Origin: Actinomycetes bacterium
GTDB lineage: Bacteria; Actinomycetota; Acidimicrobiia; Acidimicrobiales; Bog-793
Direction of reading: 5' to 3'
NCBI GenBank assembly: GCA_021838945.1
Contig: JAKCCH010000002.1
Location: forward strand, 6,441-70,440
DNA: 64,000 bases
Under the pieces are notes generated by a model. That model was not told where the DNA came from. It worked only from the letters and a program-made list of their open reading frames with translations, and ran no database searches. Shown piece after piece: positions 7,487-15,552 of this stretch. The translations under genes and the position numbers were made by a program. Position 1 is the stretch's first letter. Each line of letters starts with the position of its first letter.

Positions 7487-9022
7487 CTACGTCGGTGGGA
7501 CGCCGGGAACGGGAGGCGTGAGGGTGAGCGGGAGTGCCGCCTCGTAGCCCAGCCCTCGGCCGTGTCCGCCGCCCGTGCCGGAGCCGGGCGAACGCAGCTG
7601 CTCCTCGGGCGGACGGATCGGACCGAGGAGACCAGCCCAGAGGGCAGCGTTCGTCACCTGTGCAGCCGCCGCTATCAGGAACGGCACGGCGAGGCTCACC
7701 TCCTCGAACAAGTACCCCACCAAGGCATGCGCCCCCGCCTGCACGCCCTGAGAGGGCAGGTTCGACCAGGCAGCCATCCGGCCACGCTCGGAAGCATGTG
7801 CGACGCCCTGTACGTACGACTGCCTGAGCGGCATGCCGAGTCGCTGCACGAGTTGACGGAGCGAGAACACGACACCCGCGACGGCGAAGTCCGGCGCGAA
7901 GGCAAGGGGCAGCAGCAGAAGCCCTTGAGCGGCTCGGAGCACTGCCACGGACCTCACCGTGCCGACGCGCCGGGCGAGCGGCGAGGCTGCCAGCAGTGCG
8001 GCCAGCGATACGCCGTTCGCTATCGCGTACACGACACCGATCTCGCCGGGCGTCGGGCCGAACCTGCGGTGGAGCCAGTAGGCGAAGAGCGGCCCTACGA
8101 CGACAGTTGCCAGCCCGTTGGTGGAATTGGTGAGGAGCAACCGCCACAGGACCCGCCAGGACCGGCGCGGGACGACGACCGACTCCCGTCCGCGGCCGCC
8201 CTGCTCCGCCCCTGCAGTGCGCGTCCGGGGCGCCCGCCGCCCTTCGGGCTCCTGCTCGGAGACCGCAGCCCCGCCCGGGACCGCAGCCCCGCCCGGAACC
8301 GCAGCCCCGCCCGGGAGCGCAGCCGGCTCAGCCGGTGGCTCCGGGGCGCGCCCCAGCCACGCGGCGAGGAACGACGCCGCCGCGGCCAGCCACGCGACGA
8401 AGAGGAACGCAGGACGGTACGAGACGGTGGCACTCCTCACCATGGCCGCCGTCGGAGCGCTCGAGAACCCAACCGCCCGCGCCGTACCCGCGAGGAGGCT
8501 ACCGAGCAGGGCGCCTCCAGTCGAGGCGATCGCCAGCCAGGCGAAGGTCGAGTTCCGCCGGAGAGCAGGCACTATCGCCGAGACATAGGCCGATTCGGCG
8601 GGTTGGTGCGGCCCGACCGAGGCTCCGCCGGCTCCCTGCCCGCGCCCGATGCTCCCGAGGGCGATCCCCACCTCGAGCACGATCGCCTGGCCCGAGTAGG
8701 CCATCATCAGCGCCCCGGCGGTGAGCAGGAGGGGTGAAGCCACGAGCAGTGCTCGCTGGTCGACCCGGTCGGCAAGCGCGCCCACTGCCACGGCCAGGAC
8801 GGCGGAGGCGGCCGTCATGACGAGGAACGTCACACCGATCCTCAGCGCCGAGAAACCGACCGATGCCAGATAGAGCGCCGCGACGACACCCGCGAGAGCG
8901 CGGGCTCCGCCGAGGAAGGCCCTCGCTGCGAGCACGATCCCGAGATCGCGCCCGATGCCGGGCCGCAAGCGACGGATCAGCTCGGACATGGCCGCCGGTC
9001 GTGCCGCTCGCGACGCCGGCAC
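7487..9022 (-). CDS. MFS transporter (last gene of the cyclase-mosBA operon)
   Basis: Polytopic hydrophobic protein with a long central loop. The start is either GTG 9022, 18 nt after the upstream stop, or ATG 8989 (MSELIRRL). It is co-directional with the TupA-like gene and directly downstream of it. Confidence 0.75.
   Translation of the reverse strand: MPASRAARPAAMSELIRRLRPGIGRDLGIVLAARAFLGGARALAGVVAALYLASVGFSALRIGVTFLVMTAASAVLAVAVGALADRVDQRALLVASPLLLTAGALMMAYSGQAIVLEVGIALGSIGRGQGAGGASVGPHQPAESAYVSAIVPALRRNSTFAWLAIASTGGALLGSLLAGTARAVGFSSAPTAAMVRSATVSYRPAFLFVAWLAAAASFLAAWLGRAPEPPAEPAALPGGAAVPGGAAVPGGAAVSEQEPEGRRAPRTRTAGAEQGGRGRESVVVPRRSWRVLWRLLLTNSTNGLATVVVGPLFAYWLHRRFGPTPGEIGVVYAIANGVSLAALLAASPLARRVGTVRSVAVLRAAQGLLLLPLAFAPDFAVAGVVFSLRQLVQRLGMPLRQSYVQGVAHASERGRMAAWSNLPSQGVQAGAHALVGYLFEEVSLAVPFLIAAAAQVTNAALWAGLLGPIRPPEEQLRSPGSGTGGGHGRGLGYEAALPLTLTPPVPGVPPT
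8261..8330 (-). repeat. 18-bp tandem repeat, about 3.5 copies, inside the MFS central loop
   Basis: gaccgcagccccgcccgg at 8261-8278 and 8279-8296, aaccgcagccccgcccgg at 8297-8314, then a partial copy. It encodes (VPGGAA)x3. Confidence 0.85.
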
Positions 9023-9040
9023 CTCATCGTCGCGGGACCG

Positions 9041-10345
9041 CTATGCGCTCGTGGCGGCGGCGGGCCAGAACGTGGGGTTCGCAAACCCGGGCTCTCTGAA
9101 ATCCAACACCGCAGCCTGAGCCGCCGGTGTGGTCAGGTACTCCTGGAAGGAACGGGCACCTGGGGCGTTGACACCGGCCACGCGCTGCGGGTTCACGATG
9201 ATGCTCACCATGGTGCGCTGCAGGACGGGATCCGTCGTCACGAGCGGCTCGAGCTTTCCCTCGACCACTCCGAGCGACGCGCTCTCGTCGCCCCAGACGG
9301 TATAGGCACCGAGCCTGGCGGCCTCTTGCAGGAGAGCTGTCCCCACTGCAGTCGATCGGACGTACCACGCGCCCTGCTCCACCTTGGCGGCCGATACCAG
9401 CAGCTGGTCGAGGAAGTCGATCCTCACGTCGAGCGCGGCCGCGAGGAATTCGCTCCCGTGGCTCGCGATACGTCGGACCGCCTCGGTGCCGCTCGACAGG
9501 CCCCTCACGCCTGCGGGATCCGAGACCGGCCCGACGAGAACAGCCTGGTTCGCGAAGACGGCCATCGGCCAGAGGCCGTAGCCTTCGAGGACGAAGGCGC
9601 CGGTCGTCATGGTCCCCGAGCTCGCGCCGGCCGGGAAGGTCATGTTGCCCGGGAGCAGCGCTGCGCTCGCCACCGCGCCTGTGCCGAGGCCACCTCCACC
9701 CCCCGAGCCGTTCCCGTGACGATGGCCCTCGCCGCTTCCGGGGATCACCCCGGAGCCGGGACCGCCGCCGCCACCTGTGCCCCCACCCTCGCCACTCCCG
9801 GGAATGACGCTCGACGAGCTCCCGTGGCCTCCGCCGCCGGAGCCCGAACCCGAACGCCCGCCGGCGCCCGAGCCCCCGCCGGAGCCCGAGCCCGCGCCCC
9901 CGCCGGTGCCCGGTCCCTCTCCGCTTCCCGGGATCACTCCCTTGACCTTCGTGTGCGAACCGGTGCGGCCGGGATGCCGAGATGGCTGGCCGACGTGGAA
10001 GAAGTGGACGATCAGGAGATCGGCGTCGCCGTTGATCCCGGGCGTGAAGACGTCGTTCGTGGGCTGGAACTCCACGCGCAGCGCGGGGTTCACGGACTCG
10101 AACGACTGGGCGAGCATCGGCAGCAGCCCGCTCGAGTACGGGGTGTACACCGTCGCGACCCGGATCAGGTCGGGATGCTTCGCGGGCGAGATCTCGTCCG
10201 ACGCCGCGAGCTTCGCCCCAGGCGTGCTCGTGGGTGTGCAGGCAGCCCCGACGACAGCCGCCCCGCCGAGGGTGGCCAAGCCGAGGAAGGTGCGTCTCCC
10301 CAGCTGGCCCGGCTTCAGGCGTCCTTCGTCATCTCCTGCTGCCAC
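9041..10345 (-). CDS. Tat-signal lipoprotein, TupA-like tungstate/molybdate-binding protein with a large Gly-rich insertion
   Basis: GTG 10345 lies 8 nt after GAGGAG; the track start at 10351 is a TTG only 2 nt from the SD. A twin-arginine motif GRRTFLGLATLGGAAVVGAAC precedes the lipobox Cys. IRVATVYTPYSSGLLPMLAQSFE, DLLIVH and ANQAVLVGPVSDPAGVRG resemble TupA-type proteins as I recall them. Confidence 0.65.
   Translation of the reverse strand: MAAGDDEGRLKPGQLGRRTFLGLATLGGAAVVGAACTPTSTPGAKLAASDEISPAKHPDLIRVATVYTPYSSGLLPMLAQSFESVNPALRVEFQPTNDVFTPGINGDADLLIVHFFHVGQPSRHPGRTGSHTKVKGVIPGSGEGPGTGGGAGSGSGGGSGAGGRSGSGSGGGGHGSSSSVIPGSGEGGGTGGGGGPGSGVIPGSGEGHRHGNGSGGGGGLGTGAVASAALLPGNMTFPAGASSGTMTTGAFVLEGYGLWPMAVFANQAVLVGPVSDPAGVRGLSSGTEAVRRIASHGSEFLAAALDVRIDFLDQLLVSAAKVEQGAWYVRSTAVGTALLQEAARLGAYTVWGDESASLGVVEGKLEPLVTTDPVLQRTMVSIIVNPQRVAGVNAPGARSFQEYLTTPAAQAAVLDFREPGFANPTFWPAAATSA
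9677..9991 (-). repeat. Low-complexity Gly/Ser-rich coding insert with three VIPGSGEG anchor repeats
   Basis: The protein segment GQPSRHPGRTGSHTKVKGVIPGSGEGPGTGGG...SVIPGSGEGGGTGGGGGPGSGVIPGSGEGHRHGNGSGGGGGLGTG interrupts the binding-protein fold between DLLIVHFFHV and the PGNMTFPAG...FANQAVLVGP part. Confidence 0.8.
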
Positions 10346-10357
10346 GGCCAAACTCCT

Positions 10358-11242
10358 CTAGCCAACGTCGAGATCGGGCCCGCTCGGCTCGCCGCCAAGT
10401 GGGCGAGGCGCCTCGATCAAGCTGCCAACCGGCTCACCCTCGAGCGCTCTGCTGAGCATCTTCGGGACGGTGCCGTTCACGACCTGCACGGTCCTGCAGT
10501 GGCGGCCGAGCGGGAGAAGATCGAGGAGCAATTCGTCGAAGGGCAGTGTCTTCGGGCGGCCTTGCCGGAGCTCGTCCACGGTCATCCGGTCGAAGCGGGT
10601 AGCACCGGCATCCGTCTTCGGATCGCTCGAGTAGAGCCCGTCGACGTCCTTCACCAAGATCACGCGATCCGCTCCGCAGATCTCCGCGAGCAGGTACATG
10701 CCGACGTCGGTCCGGTTTGCGGGGATGCGCCCGATCATCGGAGGGTGCTCCCAGAGCTCGAACGGGGGCACCCCGTTCACGACGACGGCGTTGCCGAGGC
10801 TGAGCAAGGCGGGGAGGAGATGCGTCACGAGCGGTGGCGGGAGCGACACCACGCCGAAGCGCGCCAGCAACGCCGCCACGATGTGCGCGTTCTGCTCAGC
10901 GTCGGTGGCCGAGAGGGCGGCGAGCACGCCGGTCGGCAGACCGAGGTCGAGGCCGACCCCGAACACGTGCCTCGACCGGGACCCACCGCCCACCCCGATG
11001 ATGATCTTGTGCTCTCTCATCGCGAGCTCGAGCTCGTCGAGCACCGGGCCGAGGCGTTCGCTGCCGTGGTCGATGATGCTTCGGCCGCCGAGCTTGATCA
11101 CCTTCACGAACGGGAGGAGCGGCACGACGTCGGTCGCCGTGCTGAGCCTGGTCGCCTGCGAGAGCAGGGAGTCTCGCATCAAGAGGGACGAGAGGTGGCG
11201 GTTCCCGCCGAGGTCCAGCTGATCGTCTTCGTTTACCGACAT
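10358..11242 (-). CDS. mosA: Molybdenum storage protein alpha-subunit-like (amino-acid-kinase/UMP-kinase fold)
   Basis: ATG 11242 (MSVNEDD) follows GGGAG. The alternative ATG 11260 overlaps the upstream gene by 8 nt. [59 protein letters not shown] and [24 protein letters not shown] match my recollection of A. vinelandii MosA ([38 protein letters not shown]). Confidence 0.7.
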   Translation of the reverse strand: [294 protein letters not shown]

Positions 11243-11252
11243 CCCATCTCCC

Positions 11253-12098
11253 TCACGCATGGATGATCGTCCCGACGTGCTCGCCCTTGAGCGCCCGAGT
11301 CAGGTTGCCGGGCACCAAGCCGTTGACGATGTGCACTGAGCGGACGTGCCGGGCCCGACCCATGAACTCGAGAACCGCCCTCTCGATCACGATGTCGTCG
11401 AAGTCCTCCGAGAGCAGGTCCGCGGCGGCGATCTCCGGTATGAAGCGGGCGCTCGGGTCCCGCTTCGGGTCGTCGCTGTACAGGCCGTCCTCGTCCTTCA
11501 CATAGATCATGGAACGGGCACCGAATACCTCGGCGACGAGGTAGGTGCCGGTGTCGGTCCGATGCGGCGGTATGAGACCCACGTCCGGATTGTGCTCCCA
11601 GTAGGTGTAGGGAGGCATGCCGGGGAAGACGACGGCATGGCGCTCCTCGAGGTAGATCGGGAGCTGTGCGAACTCCACTGGGGTGATCACGGGGATCCCG
11701 TGCTTGGCGAGGAGGTAGCCGAGGATCCGGGCGTTCTGCATCGCCACACCGGTACCGAGCATGGTGAGGACGCCCGTCGGAAGGCGAAGGTCCACCCCGA
11801 CGCTGTAGGCATGCCGCGCCCTCGTGCCCGCTCCCGTGCCGATGATCAGGCGGTGCTCCGGAAGGAGGCTCTCGATCTCCTCGAGGAGCGGGAACACTGC
11901 CCGCCTGCCCCGGTCGATGATGCTCTGCCCACCGATCTTGATGACGGTTGCCGACGGCAGCAGGCGGGTGTCGAGCCCCTCTCCTGTGTCGGCGAGTAGG
12001 GAAACGTCCGCCAGCGACCCCTCGAGAAGGCGGTCGGCGAGCAGACCCGGAGCGTCAGCCATGGCGGGCGAGGCTACCAAGCGCGGAAGGGTGGTCAC
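11253..12098 (-). CDS. mosB: Molybdenum storage protein beta-subunit-like (amino-acid-kinase/UMP-kinase fold)
   Basis: GTG 12098 overlaps the cyclase stop (GTGA); the alternative start is ATG 12062. ATVIKIGGQSIIDRGRRAVFPLLEEI, LIIGTGAGTRARHAYSVGVDLRLPTGVL, FPGMPPY, IPPHRTDTGTYLVAE, IYVKDEDGLY and IVNGLVPGNLTRALKGEHVGTIIHA are near-identical to the A. vinelandii MosB stretches I remember. Confidence 0.75.
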   Translation of the reverse strand: MTTLPRLVASPAMADAPGLLADRLLEGSLADVSLLADTGEGLDTRLLPSATVIKIGGQSIIDRGRRAVFPLLEEIESLLPEHRLIIGTGAGTRARHAYSVGVDLRLPTGVLTMLGTGVAMQNARILGYLLAKHGIPVITPVEFAQLPIYLEERHAVVFPGMPPYTYWEHNPDVGLIPPHRTDTGTYLVAEVFGARSMIYVKDEDGLYSDDPKRDPSARFIPEIAAADLLSEDFDDIVIERAVLEFMGRARHVRSVHIVNGLVPGNLTRALKGEHVGTIIHA

Positions 12099-13381
12099 GA
12101 AGCCCCTGCGTGACCCCCGTCAGCCACACCCATCGCGCCGATCACGCGCTCCCCGCGTGCGCGGAGCGTGGCGAGCTCCGAGCTCATGTCCGAGAGGCGG
12201 CGCCACCGGTGGCCGGACCGGCGCTCCTCGGAGGTACCCGTACCGGCATGACGCACCTGCCAGAGCTTCACGCGACCGATGTCCTTCAGCTCGCGCGGCT
12301 TGAGGGGCGCCCATACGAGGTCGTCGGGGTCGCCGTCCGGCAGCACCTGGATCTCCGCCCTGACCTCGTCGCCGGCGAGCACTGTGCCGGCGTCCGCGAT
12401 CGACACGGTTCGATGGGCGCGATTCACCACGCTGCCGAAGAAGTCACCCTCCCGCAAGAGCACGGGGCCAGTAGCCAGGCCCACCCTGACATCGGACAAC
12501 AGCTCGTCGTCCGCGTAGGCGTCGACGAGAGAGAGAGCGATCCTCACGGCGTCGAGAGGCTGGCTCGCCACGAACATGACCTCGTCACCGATCATCTTCA
12601 CGGGACGGCCGCCGCCGCCCACGACCGTGGAGTGCGCCAGATCCTCGAAACGATCGACCAGCTGGGCCAGAGCATCCGCAGAGAGCTGCGAGCTGAGCGC
12701 CGTGAACCCGACCATGTCCGCAAAACCCACCGTCATCCTCGTCAACATCGAGCTCTCGTACGAGCCGTCACGGCGCACGGACGCGAGCCGGCGTGCGGCG
12801 GCCTGGATGTGGCGGCGCCACGCATAGACGAGCAGCTTCTCCATGCTCGGGAACACAATCTCGGAGGAGAAGGCGATGGCCTCGGCGAGCAGGAGGCCCT
12901 CGCCCCCGGCTTCGGTCGCCCACGCGGGACGTCCTCCGTCCTGCGCCGCGGCGTCGGCGGACGCGACGAGCGCGTCCGCTAGGCGCGCCATCGACTGACC
13001 GAGCACGCGTGTCACCTGGACCGAAGTGTCCGCTCCCGAGACGCCGAGCTCGGTGAGCCCGCGGATCGTGCGCAACGCGTCGACGTCCTGCTCGTTGAAC
13101 ATCGGAGTGGCGCCCGGCTCCGGGAAGCCGAGCGCGCGCCAGAGCTTTCCTGCCTCCTCGAGAGGCATACCCGAGGCCTCGCTGATCTCGGGGCCGGTCA
13201 TGTCTCTCGACTCGTGCGGCATGAGCAGGCGGTCGATGACAAGGAGGTCCACCCGATCCTCGGCGAGAGCTCGCTCGAACTCCTCCTCGGAGGACCCGCG
13301 GGCGAGCAGCAACGTACGGAGTGCCGCGACGATGTCCTCCCGGCAACTCGAACCGAAGACCGGTGCGCTCTTGGCCTCCAC
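12095..13381 (-). CDS. Class III adenylate/guanylate cyclase with an N-terminal non-membrane domain of about 200 aa
   Basis: GTG start at 13381. The catalytic core has FADMVGFTALS (metal Asp), VKMIGDEVMFV (substrate Lys plus second metal Asp) and GSVVNRAHR (transition-state Asn/Arg). No TM segments. Confidence 0.8.
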   Translation of the reverse strand: MEAKSAPVFGSSCREDIVAALRTLLLARGSSEEEFERALAEDRVDLLVIDRLLMPHESRDMTGPEISEASGMPLEEAGKLWRALGFPEPGATPMFNEQDVDALRTIRGLTELGVSGADTSVQVTRVLGQSMARLADALVASADAAAQDGGRPAWATEAGGEGLLLAEAIAFSSEIVFPSMEKLLVYAWRRHIQAAARRLASVRRDGSYESSMLTRMTVGFADMVGFTALSSQLSADALAQLVDRFEDLAHSTVVGGGGRPVKMIGDEVMFVASQPLDAVRIALSLVDAYADDELLSDVRVGLATGPVLLREGDFFGSVVNRAHRTVSIADAGTVLAGDEVRAEIQVLPDGDPDDLVWAPLKPRELKDIGRVKLWQVRHAGTGTSEERRSGHRWRRLSDMSSELATLRARGERVIGAMGVADGGHAGAS

Positions 13382-13440
13382 GCCGCTCCTTCCGAGACTC
13401 GGTGTCAGGCTACCTGTCCCGGTGAGCCGTCCCCCTTAGC

Positions 13441-14016
13441 ATGGCTCGGGTGAAGGCAGTTCTCGTACCCGTGAAGGCGTTCCACGACTCGAAGCTGCGC
13501 CTCGCGCCCGTGCTGGCGCAACCCGGCCGTGCGGCGCTCGCGCGTGAGCTCGCGGCTCGGGTCATCCTCGCCGCGTCGCCCTTCCCCGTCTCGGTCGTGT
13601 GCGACGACCACGACGTGGCGGCATTCGCCGAGTCCCTCGGAGCTGCCGTCATCTGGACGCCGGGACGCGGGTTGTCGGGTGCCGTCGAAGAGGGAGTCGC
13701 CCGCCTGGCGGACACCGGCGCCCGGGTGGTCGTAGTCGCCCATGCCGACCTGCCCCGCGTGAGCAGCTTCGGTCGCATCGGAGACGCCGGCAGTCGCTCT
13801 CCCTCGGTCACGATCGTGCCAGACCGTCGCCGGGACGGGACGAACGTGATCGCGGTGCCGGTGGGGATGGGCTTCCGTTTCTCGTACGGACCGGGGTCGT
13901 TCGGGCGTCACCTCACCGAGGCGGTGCGTCTCGGGCTCGAGTGCGAGGTCGTGGAGGACGACGACCTAGCTGCCGATGTCGACGTGCCGTCCGACCTCGA
14001 GCTGCTCGCCCGCTGA
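13441..14016 (+). CDS. fbiD: Phosphoenolpyruvate/2-phospho-L-lactate guanylyltransferase (F420 biosynthesis, CofC/FbiD)
   Basis: MARVKAVLVPVKAFHDSKLRL..., VVVAHADLP and PDRRRDGTNV are typical CofC/FbiD strings. The length of 191 aa fits. Confidence 0.75.
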   Translation: MARVKAVLVPVKAFHDSKLRLAPVLAQPGRAALARELAARVILAASPFPVSVVCDDHDVAAFAESLGAAVIWTPGRGLSGAVEEGVARLADTGARVVVVAHADLPRVSSFGRIGDAGSRSPSVTIVPDRRRDGTNVIAVPVGMGFRFSYGPGSFGRHLTEAVRLGLECEVVEDDDLAADVDVPSDLELLAR

Positions 14017-14065
14017 GGCCTGCACCTTCCTGCCTCAGTCGGCCTCCCCGATATCGTCGGCGATC

Positions 14066-14815
14066 ATGCCGACATCTCCCACGACGAACCTGTCCGTCCC
14101 GAGCATCGCCCTCGCCATAGGAGCCCATCCTGACGACATCGAGTTCGGTGCCGGCGGCACCCTCGCCAAGTGGGCGGCGAGCGGTTGCGAGATCCACCAT
14201 CTCGTCTGCACGGACGGGTCCAAAGGAACCTGGGACGCTTCGCAGGATCCGGCTGAGCTCGTTGCAGTCCGGCGCGAGGAGCAGCGCGAAGCGTCGCGAG
14301 CCCTCGGTGGCAGGGGCGAGGTGGTCTTCCTCGGCTGGCACGACGGTGAGCTCGACTCCGGTCTACGTCAGCGGATCGAAGTCGCGTCGTGGATCCGGAG
14401 GGTCCAGCCCGACGTGGTGCTCGGTCACGATCCATGGAAGCGCTACCGGCTCCACCCCGACCACCGTCATGCCGGTTTCCTCGTGACCGACGGGATCGTG
14501 GCGGCCAGGGACCCCCTCTTCTTCCCCGAGCTCGGCACGGAGCCGCACCGCCCGACGACTCTGCTGCTGTGGGAAGCCGACGAGGCCGACCACGTGGAGG
14601 ACGTGACCGGCTTCGAGGAACGCAAGATCAAGGCGCTCCTCGCTCATCGGAGCCAGTTCCGCTCGACGATGGGGATCTCCACACACAAGTGGCCCGACGA
14701 GGACAACCCGGAGATCGCCGGCTTCCGCAGTCACGTCCTCAACCGCCTCGGCGAGCACGGTGCGCTCGCCGGGCTCGAGCGAGGCGAAGCGTTCAAGCGG
14801 ATCGAGCGGCTCTGA
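14066..14815 (+). CDS. PIG-L/LmbE-family deacetylase
   Basis: In-frame ATG 14066. ALAIGAHPDDIEFGAGGTLAKW carries the HPDD zinc motif, followed later by HPDHRHAG. Confidence 0.8.
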   Translation: MPTSPTTNLSVPSIALAIGAHPDDIEFGAGGTLAKWAASGCEIHHLVCTDGSKGTWDASQDPAELVAVRREEQREASRALGGRGEVVFLGWHDGELDSGLRQRIEVASWIRRVQPDVVLGHDPWKRYRLHPDHRHAGFLVTDGIVAARDPLFFPELGTEPHRPTTLLLWEADEADHVEDVTGFEERKIKALLAHRSQFRSTMGISTHKWPDEDNPEIAGFRSHVLNRLGEHGALAGLERGEAFKRIERL

Positions 14816-14862
14816 CCGGCGGTGGCGGCGTCGGCAAGGCGAGGCTCGGGCCAGACGGACGC

Positions 14863-14900
14863 GACAGGTCCCGGTAGTCGAACGACCACCGGGACCTGTC
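14863..14900. terminator. Perfect 13-bp stem hairpin between convergent genes
   Basis: GACAGGTCCCGGT-agtcgaacgacc-ACCGGGACCTGTC. It lies between the stop at 14815 (+) and the stop at 14923 (-). Confidence 0.55.
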
Positions 14901-14922
14901 GGACGAGTCTGAGAAGCGGAGC

Positions 14923-15552
14923 TCAGCGCTTCTTCGTGGCCTTCTTCGTGGCCTTGGCAGCCGACGTCTTCTTTGCCGAAGCCTTCGTCGTGGCGGCCTT
15001 CTTGGCCGGAGCTTTCTTGGCCGGAGCCTTCTTGGCCGGAGCCTTCTTGGCTGGGGCCTTCGTCGTGGGGGCCTTCTTGGCCGGAGCCTTCTTGGCCGGG
15101 GCCTTCTTCACCACAGCCTTCTTCGCAGGCGCCTTGTTCGCCGCAGTCTTCTTGGCAGGAGCCGCCTTCGCAGGCGCCTTCTTCGCCACCGCCTTCTTGG
15201 CAGGCGCCTTGTTGGCGGCAGTCTTCTTCGCCGGCGCTGCTGCGGCCGCTGGCGCACCCGGCGCCGGCAGGGCTCCGCGACTGTTGAGCGCCGCCTTCAA
15301 CGTGGCACCCGGCGAGAAGGCGATGCCCTTCGATGCCGGGATTCGAACTGCCGCACCCGTCTGCGGGTTGCGACCCATGCGAGCGGAACGGGCGCGCGGA
15401 CGGAACGTACCGAAACCGGTGATCCGCACGACGTCCCCGCCCTTCACCGCAGACGTGATCGCGTGGATCGTGTGCTCGATGGCCGACTCAGCCTCACGAC
15501 GGCCCAATCCCGCCGCCGCGCTCACTCGACCGATGAGCTCTGTTCTGTTCAC
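14923..15552 (-). CDS. hupB: HU-family nucleoid protein with Lys/Ala/Pro-rich C-terminal tail (HupB/MDP1/HupS type)
   Basis: GTG 15552 lies 5 nt after AGGAGG. The HU fold is visible in [28 protein letters not shown]...[41 protein letters not shown] tail of about 110 aa made of (P)AKKA repeats follows. Confidence 0.9.
   Translation of the reverse strand: MNRTELIGRVSAAAGLGRREAESAIEHTIHAITSAVKGGDVVRITGFGTFRPRARSARMGRNPQTGAAVRIPASKGIAFSPGATLKAALNSRGALPAPGAPAAAAAPAKKTAANKAPAKKAVAKKAPAKAAPAKKTAANKAPAKKAVVKKAPAKKAPAKKAPTTKAPAKKAPAKKAPAKKAPAKKAATTKASAKKTSAAKATKKATKKR
14926..15265 (-). repeat. Degenerate tandem coding repeats (AKKAPAKK tail of HU)
   Basis: The plus strand shows reiterated gccttcttggccgg(a/g)gc units. 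The translated minus strand is [30 protein letters not shown]... Confidence 0.85.

Noticed and set aside
9677-9991. Short tandem and low-complexity repeats (9677-9991, 14926-15265, 8261-8330, 51520-51561) were checked as possible CRISPR arrays or minisatellites.
   Set aside because: All lie in frame inside coding sequences and have no unique spacers of regular length. They encode Gly-rich, AKKA, VPGGAA and AAPPPFT peptide repeats.
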